Below, piece after piece: positions 9,796 through 19,107 of a DNA stretch of 64,000 nucleotides (position 1 is the first letter of the stretch; each line of letters opens with the position of its first letter). The position numbers and the translations under genes are program-made. Under the pieces are notes generated by a model. It searched no databases. It had not been told where the DNA came from and saw only the letters and a list, made by a program, of their open reading frames with translations. The stretch comes from Candidatus Parcubacteria bacterium (GTDB lineage Bacteria; Patescibacteriota; Patescibacteriia; UBA1558; GWA2-36-10), in the NCBI GenBank assembly GCA_018664825.1, contig JABJNO010000017.1:163011-227010 (forward strand). The letters are read 5' to 3'.

Positions 9796-11610
9796 TTAGA
9801 AAATAGTCAAGAATCCCATCAATAGAATCAACCCTAAAGTTGACAAAATAGTGTGAGGGTGTTGTTTCTTTATTTCAATAAAAATGTTGAGTAGCAATGC
9901 AAAAATTGCTAACACTAGTATAACTTTATAATAAATGGCACTAAAATCAAATAATGGCTTTATGTGCTCTGATTGATTATTTTTTAGGAATAAATATTGA
10001 TCCAAAGCTGAGTTATCCACAGGAGTAACTTCTTTCCAATCTATGTCTTGCATGGCAATATTTCCTGCCCTATCTTTGACACGAATAGTAGCCATAATTA
10101 TTGGATTCATCAGTTCATCATAGTCTTGATCATTGATAATGACATTACCTGACCATTTGTTTATATCTGTTGGATCTTGGTTCAATTTTATAATATTTCC
10201 TTTGAATATCACCTCTGCTTGACTGACATCTTCAGAAAGTAAAGCATCCGCCTTCATCACAATAGCCTCATCTCCAAGAGGACGACTTACCATAATATTG
10301 GTAACTTTACTATCAATGGTTGGGGCTATTGTATCAACTGTCAGGGTATAAGCACTAGAAGAGATAGTTTCCTCTCCATTGCTAGCATCTATCACAATAG
10401 TATGTAAACCTTCTCCCAAATCAAGAGAAACATTTACTGTATCTTTATTTACTGCTTTGGTAATTATTTCTTTATTATTATCAAAAACAGTAATCTGCGT
10501 AGCATTTGGTGCAGAAATATTCAATGAAACTAGATTATTTTTTAAAACTGATCTATCAATTGGGTCAAATAATGTCGGTACTGACAAAGGACTAACTACA
10601 GATTCTGCCAAAACCTCGATCTCTTCTTCCAAGATAGGCTCTAATTCTGGTATTTCTGGTAGACTTGGCTCTGTAGGTACTATATCTGGTGTAGGCTCTA
10701 CTATTGGCTCTACTTCTGGTATTTCTACTGGTTCTGGAGTTAGCGTAGGCTCCGGAGTTGGTGTAGGCTCTGGTGTAGCAGGTTCTGGTGTGGGTTCAGG
10801 AGCTTGATATGTCTTTTTGGTGCCAAAATACTGGGCAATCAATGTAGTATCATATTCTTTGTAGTTACCACTGACTGCTCCAACACCAATTTGGTCATAA
10901 TCTGTATCAATCATATTGGCGTAATGAACTGGACTACCTACCCAGGCATCCACAACATCTTCGGCACTAGAAAATCCAATAGCCAAGTTTTCACCAGCTA
11001 TCTTATAATCATAACCTCTGCCTGCAAGCCAGCTTTTCAAGCTTTTATTGTCTGGGCCAACATGAGCAAAATACTCATTGACCAACATATCTTGAGCTTT
11101 ATCGAGAGCTGCTGCCTGCAAAGTATTGTCAGTTTCTAAGGTATTTAATCCTAAATTAGTACGAATATTATTTGTTAGTTGGACTATTTTTTGACTTTGT
11201 TCAAACAAAACATCGGGAGTCAACCATGCTTGGACAGGAAAAGTAAATAAAAAGGCAACCAAGACCAACTTTATCACTACAGCTGAAGCTGCGTGAAAAG
11301 CTATACGATGCGGATGCAAGGCATGTGGTTTGTAATGGTTGCATTGATTGGGGATAAACAAACGTCTCAATATACCCGTACCTCTTGGATTGAAACCAGC
11401 TTTTACTTCTACACCATCTTCTATTTGGTCACAATCTGTATCAGGGTCTAGTGGGTTTGTTTTATAAACATGGACTTCTTGGTAGTCACCAAGCTGATCT
11501 CTATCTGTATCTGAATGGTTTGGATCGGTACCCAAAGCCTCTTCCTCATGGTCAAATAAACCATCAGCATCAGAGTCCAATATTTCTTTTTTTATCTCCT
11601 TTTTCCCCAT
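9796..11610 (-). CDS. CAP/SCP/PR1-like domain surface protein with PEPT-rich linker, Ig-like region and C-terminal TM helices. The N-terminus has thrombospondin type-3-like D-x-D-x-D-G repeats.
   Basis: CAP-domain-like segment NNIRTNLGLNTLETDNTLQAAALDKAQDMLVNEYFAH...GENLAIGFSSAEDVVDAWVGSPVHYANM. PEPTPEP low-complexity linker. Confidence 0.65.
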   Translation of the reverse strand: MGKKEIKKEILDSDADGLFDHEEEALGTDPNHSDTDRDQLGDYQEVHVYKTNPLDPDTDCDQIEDGVEVKAGFNPRGTGILRRLFIPNQCNHYKPHALHPHRIAFHAASAVVIKLVLVAFLFTFPVQAWLTPDVLFEQSQKIVQLTNNIRTNLGLNTLETDNTLQAAALDKAQDMLVNEYFAHVGPDNKSLKSWLAGRGYDYKIAGENLAIGFSSAEDVVDAWVGSPVHYANMIDTDYDQIGVGAVSGNYKEYDTTLIAQYFGTKKTYQAPEPTPEPATPEPTPTPEPTLTPEPVEIPEVEPIVEPTPDIVPTEPSLPEIPELEPILEEEIEVLAESVVSPLSVPTLFDPIDRSVLKNNLVSLNISAPNATQITVFDNNKEIITKAVNKDTVNVSLDLGEGLHTIVIDASNGEETISSSAYTLTVDTIAPTIDSKVTNIMVSRPLGDEAIVMKADALLSEDVSQAEVIFKGNIIKLNQDPTDINKWSGNVIINDQDYDELMNPIIMATIRVKDRAGNIAMQDIDWKEVTPVDNSALDQYLFLKNNQSEHIKPLFDFSAIYYKVILVLAIFALLLNIFIEIKKQHPHTILSTLGLILLMGFLTIF

Positions 11611-11670
11611 ATTTTAAGGATATTTAATAAATTATATTATTATATCAAATTTATGACATTTTGTCAATAT

Positions 11671-12069
11671 CTAGTCAATTAGCTCCAACTGAGAACAATC
11701 AACTTCAATAATACTACCTTTACCAAGGCTTTCATCTACCACTGTGACTTTTGCTTTAGGATAATTAATTTCCATTACTATTACTGTTGCGACTTTCTGT
11801 ACATTTTCCGGTACATCTTGGACTCTTGATTCATCGATCAATGGATAATGCACTACGTCCCCCTCTTTGTAAGGTAATATGCATTCTCCTAAATACTTCT
11901 TTAGAAAACTTATATTTAAGGTAATAGACTCTTGAAGCGTTTTGGATGTATTAAAATCCCAGGTACCCACTACATCAATCAAGGCATCATTGAGTTCTCC
12001 TATCCTAAGATTAGCCTTGTCCAGTCTTCGGTTCAACTCTATACATTTTTCTGTTTTTGTAGCCGGCAT
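11671..12069 (-). CDS. Hypothetical 132-aa protein.
   Basis: ORF track only. Confidence 0.4.
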   Translation of the reverse strand: MPATKTEKCIELNRRLDKANLRIGELNDALIDVVGTWDFNTSKTLQESITLNISFLKKYLGECILPYKEGDVVHYPLIDESRVQDVPENVQKVATVIVMEINYPKAKVTVVDESLGKGSIIEVDCSQLELID

Positions 12070-12151
12070 ATATTTATTTAATTATAGCATAAAGTCAAAC
12101 AAAAAAACTACCCAGGTGGATAGTTTTTTTGAAACTTATTTTAGTTTTAAT

Positions 12152-13498
12152 TTAGAATAAATCTAAAATATCATTTGTTACATTATAGATTCTTTCTCCA
12201 ATATAGTTTAGTAATTCTGAAAAACTAGTAACATGACGTTTTTCTTGATTTTCAATACGGTAAACTTCTGGTCCACAGCCACGCAATAGTGTGCCGTCTT
12301 CCCAGTCAGTTTTTCCTAAAACATCTTCATCAGGAGTAGAATAAGTACAAACTTCTTCTTTTTCTCCCAAAACCTTAGGTTCTGGATCTTCAATAGAAAT
12401 CTTTTTACCTAATACTACACCACATGATTCAGCACTTGGAGTAGTAAAACTATAGTTATAGTCATTTTTACTTGCTCCTGCAATAGCCTTTGTTTTTACC
12501 ATGTAGTTGTAAGTAGTGTCATATGGTAAGCCAAATAGTGAGAAATTATGAGCTGAACTAAAGTCTTCGCTTGCAAATTCATCACCATAACCAGTAGTTT
12601 GACCATAAACAATCCAGGTAAGTGAGTCTTTTGAGGTTTCCCAAGTAAGATCTACTTGCTCACAACTTATTTCAGAACTAAGTTTTGAAACATCTGGAGC
12701 AGAAACTCCACCGCCACTCATATTGGCTGTTTCAACTGGAGTTGGATCACATACAAATTCACTAGCACACCAAGCATTGTCTTGGTTGTTTGAAGCATAC
12801 AATGTGACATCAACTAAATTGTGGATACCATCACCATTTACGTCAAAGGTGTCTGCACACTCTGCAAGCATGACTACATCAGTCAAATTACGAACGTTAT
12901 CACCATTGTGATCACAGATGTCCAAAGTATTTACTACGTCAGTAGTTTCTACTTCTGTTGCTGGGTCACACACAAATTCACTTGCACACCAAGCATTGTC
13001 TTGGTTCTTTGAAGCATACAATGTGACATCAACTAAATCATGATATCCATTGCCATCTACATCAAAAGTGCTTGTACAACCTGCAAACATGGCTACATCA
13101 GTCAAATTACGGATGTTGTCACCATTGTGATCGCAGATGTTTAAAGTTGGATTAACTATTGTCAATCCTTCCAGTGTACTTTCAGGTGCTTCCTCAGGAA
13201 CTACCGTAGGATTACACACAAATTCACTAGCACACCAAGCATTATTTTGGTTGTTTGAAGCATAGATTGCAACATCAGCTAAATCATGGATGTTGTCACC
13301 ATTTACGTCAAATGTATCAGTACAACCTGCAAAAATAGCTACATCGCTCAAATTACGAACGTTGTCACCATTGTGATCGCAGATAGCAAGAGTTGTCGGC
13401 GTTTCTACAGAATCAGTAGAAAGATCAGCAGCTTTTACTGCTAATGCGCTAAAACTAGCTAAAATAACTAGAACAGCAACTAATTGTTTTTTAAACAT
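12152..13498 (-). CDS. Secreted protein with three tandem ~80-aa repeats (each with two dockerin/EF-hand-like Ca-binding loops), an FN3-like domain, and the same C-terminal module as the giant protein.
   Basis: Signal peptide. Repeats LxICDHNGDNxRNLxDV...FDVNGDxIHxLxDV...NAWCASEFVC occur three times. C-terminal DGTLLRGCGPEVYRIENQEKRHV...GERIYNVTNDILD. Confidence 0.75.
   Translation of the reverse strand: MFKKQLVAVLVILASFSALAVKAADLSTDSVETPTTLAICDHNGDNVRNLSDVAIFAGCTDTFDVNGDNIHDLADVAIYASNNQNNAWCASEFVCNPTVVPEEAPESTLEGLTIVNPTLNICDHNGDNIRNLTDVAMFAGCTSTFDVDGNGYHDLVDVTLYASKNQDNAWCASEFVCDPATEVETTDVVNTLDICDHNGDNVRNLTDVVMLAECADTFDVNGDGIHNLVDVTLYASNNQDNAWCASEFVCDPTPVETANMSGGGVSAPDVSKLSSEISCEQVDLTWETSKDSLTWIVYGQTTGYGDEFASEDFSSAHNFSLFGLPYDTTYNYMVKTKAIAGASKNDYNYSFTTPSAESCGVVLGKKISIEDPEPKVLGEKEEVCTYSTPDEDVLGKTDWEDGTLLRGCGPEVYRIENQEKRHVTSFSELLNYIGERIYNVTNDILDLF
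12725..13390 (-). repeat. Three tandem ~220-245 nt intragenic repeats encoding the dockerin-like repeat units.
   Basis: Near-identical nucleotide blocks (for example ...aattcactagcacaccaagcattgtcttggtt...) repeated three times. Confidence 0.7.
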
Positions 13499-13754
13499 TT
13501 CTTTTCTATTAGTTAATTAAAATATATAAAATCACATATATACCTAGAGGACTATACTATACTTTATAAAAAATGTCAATAGCCAGGGGGTGCTCCTAGA
13601 ATAACTATATTCTTGACAAAAACAATATAAAATAGCAAAATAAGCCCAGCGTTCTGTTGTTGACTCTGGTAGAATCCTCTGAACGCGGGAATGGCTACCT
13701 TAGTACTTTCACCGACGAGATTTAATGGCTTGTCGAGAATGAAGGGTATTTTTC

Positions 13755-14615
13755 ATGAAAGTTCATTTTGACGAACCGATGTCCAAAAAGAGCATCGTAA
13801 TCCTTTTTGGCACACTAGCTTTATTTTGTTGGCTATTGAGCCTAACTATTCCTCGAATCTCCAGAGAACATATCGAAGTTATAATTGTTCTCATCGTAGA
13901 AGTTTTTGTTATCATTTGCTGCTTGGGACTCGTTGGTTCTGAATGGTTCCCTCGAAACTTTAAACCCAGCTACATTTGGTATTGGACACAAAACTACAAT
14001 GGCACACGAAGAAATGTCGTTGGACACAACAGCTTGGATGGCGAAGACATCACCAAAACTCCAATATGCTTCCAAGTAAAGACTTCTGGTTGGTTTGCTA
14101 AAAACCAAGTCTTGATCAATGGTCATCTTGGTAAAAATTGGAAAATCGAGGTTTTGAAGCAACCTCGCTACTCTGAGGGACACAAGCTGATTTTGATCGA
14201 CAAAGATAACCGCCCTCTCTGTGTTGATGGTCATTCCTTTGATGCTATCGAATACCTATTTTGGGTGATTGAACACTTTGCTGATTTGACCGAGTACTGG
14301 AGTCATATGTACGAAATCGATTACCAGCATCGTGATCTAATCTACGCTATGACTGTCCTCGAAGAAGCTGGTACCGTCCATGGTACTCTGGGCAATGTCT
14401 GGCAAGCCAAAGTTGTACATGATTTTGCTGCTCACGAGCTCGACCGAATCATTCCCAAGCTATTCCAAGATGAAGCCTTACTGACCACTGATGATGGCCT
14501 CTCTTGCAAGCGTAGTGCCTTGGGAGCTGTTCTTTTGAGAACTATTGGCCGACCAAAATTCGTGCCAGTCACACCTGTCATTAGGCAATTCAAAGATTCG
14601 CCTGAAATGGCATAA
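13755..14615 (+). CDS. Hypothetical protein with N-terminal TM helices, in a GC-rich (~48%) islet.
   Basis: ORF track. GC content clearly above the flanks. Followed by a terminator of the same family that flanks the 48556..49305 cassette. Confidence 0.5.
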   Translation: MKVHFDEPMSKKSIVILFGTLALFCWLLSLTIPRISREHIEVIIVLIVEVFVIICCLGLVGSEWFPRNFKPSYIWYWTQNYNGTRRNVVGHNSLDGEDITKTPICFQVKTSGWFAKNQVLINGHLGKNWKIEVLKQPRYSEGHKLILIDKDNRPLCVDGHSFDAIEYLFWVIEHFADLTEYWSHMYEIDYQHRDLIYAMTVLEEAGTVHGTLGNVWQAKVVHDFAAHELDRIIPKLFQDEALLTTDDGLSCKRSALGAVLLRTIGRPKFVPVTPVIRQFKDSPEMA

Positions 14616-14623
14616 AAAACAAC

Positions 14624-14657
14624 CCCCGTATGAAAATACGGGGGTCTTTATTTTAAT
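14624..14657. terminator. Terminator CCCCCGTATGAAAATACGGGGG followed by TCTTTATTTTA, apparently bidirectional (also downstream of rlmN).
   Basis: Hairpin plus T-run, with an A-run upstream. Confidence 0.6.
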
Positions 14658-14664
14658 TTATTTT

Positions 14665-15663
14665 TTATTTACAATTATTTTTGTTGGCTAGTTGACCACA
14701 GGCTGCATCTATATCAGCCCCAAAACTATAACGTTGAGTCACACCGACTCCTTCTTGTTCCAATATAGTCTTGAAATCTTCAATAGCTTTTTTGTCCGTT
14801 GGCTTGAATACATCCGTGGGATTGTAAGCAATCAAGTTGACCATATAGAGTGGTTTTTTCATCAACCCGGCTAGCTGGGATGCTTGAGCTGGACTATCAT
14901 TGACTCCTTTGATCATTAAATACTCAAACATTACTCTGCGACCTGTTTTGACAATATATTTATCTACGCTTTTTAGCAAATCACGTAAAGGAAATTTTTT
15001 GTTGATAGGCATCAATTCGCTACGCAGTTTATCATTTGGGGCATGCAGAGATACAGCTAGATTGATTTGCATCTTTTCATTGGACAATCTTTCTATACCC
15101 TTGATCACTCCGCTGGTAGAAACTGAAATATGCCTAGCCCCAATACCTAGATCTTCATTGATATATCCAATAGCCTTGAGAGTGTGGTCATAATTGAGAA
15201 ATGGCTCTCCCATTCCCATAAATACTACATTGGATACTCTTTTATCTTCTTCATGAAGCATTCTAGAAAAAAACAGTACCTGTTCTAACATCTCCTCTAC
15301 TTCTAAATTTCTTTTGAGTCCCATCTTGCCGGTAGCACAAAAAGTACAGGCCAATGGACAACCTACTTGAGTAGAGACACAGACGGTATGTCGTCCATCT
15401 TTGTGTGCTAGCATGACACTTTCAATCTGCAAACCATCGCTCAAAGTAATCAAAACCTTGGTAGTTTTGGCATCTCGAGAAGCAAAAATCATAGCATCTA
15501 TCTCTAGCGGGCATTCTTTGTTTAGCTTTTCTTTGAGGTCTTTGGAAATATTTGAAACTTCGTCCCAATTACCAGCCAATCTTTTGAATATACCATCTTT
15601 GGCTTGTTGGATACGATATTTTGGTTGACCTTCTAGTGTTTTATATAGTTTTTCTAAATTCAT
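14665..15663 (-). CDS. rlmN: 23S rRNA (adenine2503-C2)-methyltransferase, radical SAM RlmN/Cfr family.
   Basis: CPLACTFCATG (Cx3Cx2C radical SAM motif), MGMGEPFLNYD, and a C-terminal catalytic-Cys region. Confidence 0.85.
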   Translation of the reverse strand: MNLEKLYKTLEGQPKYRIQQAKDGIFKRLAGNWDEVSNISKDLKEKLNKECPLEIDAMIFASRDAKTTKVLITLSDGLQIESVMLAHKDGRHTVCVSTQVGCPLACTFCATGKMGLKRNLEVEEMLEQVLFFSRMLHEEDKRVSNVVFMGMGEPFLNYDHTLKAIGYINEDLGIGARHISVSTSGVIKGIERLSNEKMQINLAVSLHAPNDKLRSELMPINKKFPLRDLLKSVDKYIVKTGRRVMFEYLMIKGVNDSPAQASQLAGLMKKPLYMVNLIAYNPTDVFKPTDKKAIEDFKTILEQEGVGVTQRYSFGADIDAACGQLANKNNCK

Positions 15664-16060
15664 TTATTTTATTATTTATTTCTTTGGGTCGAAAATCTAT
15701 ACTATCTAATTTATCCACATCTGTCCACTCTATTTTATAAGCTCCAATATAGCCTGAATCTTTTTGAAATTCTGGACCATCACCAGAACCAAGCTCACCA
15801 CCCACAATCTCAGCCAGATAAAAATACTCCATTTGTCCTTTTGTCTCTGCTTTTTGAGATTCCATTTGATGAAACAACTCTAATACTTTTACATCTAATC
15901 CTAGTTCTTCTTTGCATTCACGAATCAAGGCTTGTTCATTTGTTTCTTCTTTTTCTATCATACCACCCGGACAACACCAAAAAATTTCTTTCGGCTTTGT
16001 CCTTTTCATAGATAAAATCTTATTATCCTTGATAATTATCGCTCTAGCTCTAGAAGGCAT
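15641..16060 (-). CDS. Nudix hydrolase.
   Basis: Nudix box GGMIEKEETNEQALIRECKEELGLD. Confidence 0.7.
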   Translation of the reverse strand: MPSRARAIIIKDNKILSMKRTKPKEIFWCCPGGMIEKEETNEQALIRECKEELGLDVKVLELFHQMESQKAETKGQMEYFYLAEIVGGELGSGDGPEFQKDSGYIGAYKIEWTDVDKLDSIDFRPKEINNKINEFRKTI

Positions 16061-16071
16061 TGTTTTTTATA

Positions 16072-16530
16072 TTATGGTTTCAAAAATAACTGATCAGCTG
16101 TCACCCAGTCGGCTACTGGATTGGCATCACAGGCCATGGCCTCGTATTGGACATTTTCTCCTGTGATTGGGTTGCCACCGCGGTCATATGACCAAACTAC
16201 CGATTCTGTGATTGTACCAGCTCCTGCTCGACAGCCACCATTTGTACTGTATGGACAAGTTGTTTTGTTGTAAGTACCAGCTCCTTGGCAATTGAGCTTC
16301 ATCTGTTCGTCAGTCCAAAAACTACCAATATAATCTAGACAATGACTAGCAGAAGCAATAGTATCGCAACTACCACGTACTTTGTACTCATCTTCAACTT
16401 CTTCTAGTAGATCCTCTACCACCTCTATACCCTCGTCTATTTCTTCCTGGCTTAGTTCTTCGCCTTTTTTACCACACCCCGCTCCCATGATCAATGGGAT
16501 GATTAATAAAAGTAATAATGTTTTTTTCAT
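16072..16530 (-). CDS. Cys-containing lipoprotein, function unknown.
   Basis: Signal peptide plus lipobox IMGAGC. GC-richer than the flanks. Confidence 0.5.
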   Translation of the reverse strand: MKKTLLLLLIIPLIMGAGCGKKGEELSQEEIDEGIEVVEDLLEEVEDEYKVRGSCDTIASASHCLDYIGSFWTDEQMKLNCQGAGTYNKTTCPYSTNGGCRAGAGTITESVVWSYDRGGNPITGENVQYEAMACDANPVADWVTADQLFLKP

Positions 16531-16637
16531 ATGATTGATTTAAATAATTTTATAAGTTTATTGTATCAAAAAGCCCTAGTATTTACTAGAACTTAAAATA
16601 AAAAAGAGGGTAAGTATAAACTTACCCTCTTCGCGAT

Positions 16638-16799
16638 CTAGCAGTCGTCATAGTCAGCGCAATCGCAATCATCTTGCCCACAATCACCATCGCAATCACT
16701 GGGCATAGGACTATTGCTCTGCAAACGCTCTGACTGAAGAGCTTCCTGTGACACGGGAACAAATTCCCGGTCAACCAGACCGCTAATAATAGTATCCAT
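16638..16799 (-). CDS. Candidate RiPP precursor peptide (53 aa) with a Cys/Asp-rich core: MDTIISGLVDREFVPVSQEALQSERLQSNSPMPSDCDGDCGQDDCDCADYDDC.
   Basis: Perfect SD AAGGAGGTG 5 nt upstream of ATG at 16799. Lies immediately downstream of the rSAM/SPASM gene on the same strand. Five Cys interleaved with Asp, ranthipeptide-like. Confidence 0.55.
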   Translation of the reverse strand: MDTIISGLVDREFVPVSQEALQSERLQSNSPMPSDCDGDCGQDDCDCADYDDC

Positions 16800-16813
16800 C
16801 TGACACCTCCTTA

Positions 16814-17833
16814 CTAGGCAACGCCTCGAATATGGTCCTGTGCGCTTCTCGAAAACCAAATCAGATTACACCCACCAAAGCAGGTGTTCCACAGTTTACA
16901 ATCAACGCACTTTTCACTCGGTGCATGAGTACGAAGAACAGTTCTGTCGCACTCTTTTTTGGCTAGAAAATTCTCAATAGCCTCGGGCTCATTGAGGTTG
17001 CCGTAGCTCAAACCAGCCATATGTGTACAAGGCAATAAATTGCCCTCCGGATCAACTGTTACTGCACGAGCAAACAAAGCGCAGGAAACAATGAGTCGCC
17101 TAAGCTCTATCAATTCGCGTAGTTTGTCCTGATCAAATAAACACAGTGGCACCAAAGCGTAGAAACTGACAAAGTCATAGGCAAGACCAATGTCTTCCAC
17201 CAAGCTAACATAATCCTGCAAATCAACAATGCCTGCGTCTTCGCCTTCTTCAAAACCACTTGGCTGAGATGAGCACATATTGAAAGCTGAGCGCTTCAAG
17301 CCGAATTCTTGAAAAAAATTCACCAAATCTGGTATGTTTTCCAGATTATAAGAACCAACCGTGGTTATTGAGTTGATTGGAATATCTTCCAACTGACAAT
17401 TTTCCAAACCACGAATAGCTTGAGAAAAAGATCCTTCTCTCATAGTGATGTTGTCATGAACTGCTTCTGTGCCTTCGATAGAAATCGAACAGTTTTGTAT
17501 GCCCGCTGCCTTGAGATCTTGCACAAAACTACGTTGAGCAAAACGACGACCGTTGGACATCATTTTTACTCGAATACCAAGGTTTGCGGCATACTCTACT
17601 ACTTGTAAAATGTGGGGATAAATACTAGGTTCCCCACCAACCAAAATACAAGTCCTGGCACCAGCATCAAACATTTGTTTGATGTATCTCTTGGCATCAA
17701 CCAATGTCATATCTATGCTATGACACAACTTACTGCCAGCATAGCACCACCGACAACGATTATTGCATTTGTAAGAGGGCGCAAGCCAGAATCCAAAAAT
17801 GCCCTTTTTATGGGCGTTTGTTAATTGTTTCAT
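16814..17833 (-). CDS. Radical SAM / SPASM-domain peptide maturase.
   Basis: N-terminal CNNRCRWC (Cx3Cx2C). C-terminal CVDCKLWNTCFGGC (Cx2Cx5Cx3C SPASM signature). GC ~48%, atypical for this window. Confidence 0.8.
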   Translation of the reverse strand: MKQLTNAHKKGIFGFWLAPSYKCNNRCRWCYAGSKLCHSIDMTLVDAKRYIKQMFDAGARTCILVGGEPSIYPHILQVVEYAANLGIRVKMMSNGRRFAQRSFVQDLKAAGIQNCSISIEGTEAVHDNITMREGSFSQAIRGLENCQLEDIPINSITTVGSYNLENIPDLVNFFQEFGLKRSAFNMCSSQPSGFEEGEDAGIVDLQDYVSLVEDIGLAYDFVSFYALVPLCLFDQDKLRELIELRRLIVSCALFARAVTVDPEGNLLPCTHMAGLSYGNLNEPEAIENFLAKKECDRTVLRTHAPSEKCVDCKLWNTCFGGCNLIWFSRSAQDHIRGVA

Positions 17834-18039
17834 GGTTTTGACTCCTTTTCAAGGTAGAAAGATAGACTGTTAATGAGCTATTATAATGTATTAATCTACA
17901 ACAATGTCCCAAAAGTGTCAATAATAATTGACATAAACAGTCAAAAATTATATAGTAATCTGTCAGGAGAATGTTCTTATAATTTAAAAGTGAGGTCCAA
18001 AAAAACGTAGTTAAATACTACAAACCTAGGAGTAAAATC

Positions 18040-18237
18040 ATGACAGACACTTGGTGCAAACAAGCTAATTGTAGCCATTGCGGTGGAAAAACTAAATGTA
18101 ACTGTTCAACTTGCGGAGGTAATCAACCAGGTACTTTTGACAGTAAACCTAATTGGTGTGCGGGTATTTGCAAAGTTTGCAAAGGTTCTGGCAAAGTGCC
18201 AAATCCTTACTACGATCCAAAGACAGGACAACAATGA
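18040..18237 (+). CDS. Small Cys-rich protein (65 aa) with DnaJ-type CxxCxGxG zinc-finger repeats.
   Basis: CSHCGG, CSTCGG and CKVCKGSG motifs. RBS AGGAG upstream. Terminator 18245..18272 downstream. Confidence 0.5.
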   Translation: MTDTWCKQANCSHCGGKTKCNCSTCGGNQPGTFDSKPNWCAGICKVCKGSGKVPNPYYDPKTGQQ

Positions 18238-18355
18238 AAATAACCCCCATACAAAAGTATGGGGGTTTTATTATTGACAATATCTGTATATCATAATATA
18301 TTAAATTGTTCGAAAAAGTCCTTTTAAACCCAAACCTCTGAAAGGAGGTGAAATC

Positions 18356-19006
18356 ATGAAAGAATTCAAAGTTATCTCAATCTTGATGATTGTTGCTTTT
18401 GTCTGCTACTGGATCTGGCGTTGGTACAAACTTGTCACTTCTGAAACTTGGCAAGGTTACCTTGCTATATTTATCACTGTTGGTGTACTTGCTCTGGCCT
18501 ACTGGCTATTTGGAAAATGGAGTGAGTGGAGTTATGCTCAACAACAAGAAATAGCCAATCAAAGAAGTGCGCAACGAAAAGCAGAATATGAAAAAGGTCT
18601 CCAAGAAGACAGAGAGCTAGCGGCCAAGTATGACCCCAAGAAAGATCCTTATCTAATTCGTCTAAGGGCTCAACATAAAAAAATATATGATGAAATAGAC
18701 GAAGTACGCGTTTCTTGTGGGCAACCCACTCAAGCTGAAGAAGCTGCTCAAAAAGAAGCTGAGCGCATACGACAACGTGAAGCAAGGCTACAATTACTAC
18801 GCGATAACGAGGCTAAAGGGAGAGATGTTTGCTGGGTTTGTGAAACTATTGATCCCCGTAGATGTGACTACTACTCCTGCGATAATTGCATGAATTGCGA
18901 TAATGATTATTCGCAATATTGCAGCGATTGTCGTAGCTCAACATATTGCGGTGATCCAACTTGTAATGGTTATTGTTATATGTGTGATGACGATGATGAC
19001 GACTAA
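18356..19006 (+). CDS. Membrane protein (2 TM) with a coiled-coil region and a C-terminal Cys-rich domain ending in poly-Asp (...CYMCDDDDDD).
   Basis: RBS GGAGGTG upstream. C-terminus has multiple CxxC pairs and a D6 tail. Terminator 19009..19037. Confidence 0.55.
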   Translation: MKEFKVISILMIVAFVCYWIWRWYKLVTSETWQGYLAIFITVGVLALAYWLFGKWSEWSYAQQQEIANQRSAQRKAEYEKGLQEDRELAAKYDPKKDPYLIRLRAQHKKIYDEIDEVRVSCGQPTQAEEAAQKEAERIRQREARLQLLRDNEAKGRDVCWVCETIDPRRCDYYSCDNCMNCDNDYSQYCSDCRSSTYCGDPTCNGYCYMCDDDDDD

Positions 19007-19107
19007 CAACCCCGTACTAAAGTATGGGGTTTTTATTTATTGACAAAACAATATCTAATAAGCTAAGTTTAATATTGTAAATAAGCTAATAAAATAACTT
19101 ATACCAT

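Noticed and set aside
13842-14234. 130-aa minus-strand ORF.
   Set aside because: It is antisense inside the 13755..14615 CDS, with no RBS and no motif.
16638-16859. Full 73-aa version of the small Cys/Asp ORF, starting at 16859.
   Set aside because: That start would overlap the maturase 3' end by 46 nt. The internal ATG at 16799 has a perfect SD (AAGGAGGTG) 5 nt upstream, so the 53-aa form is preferred.
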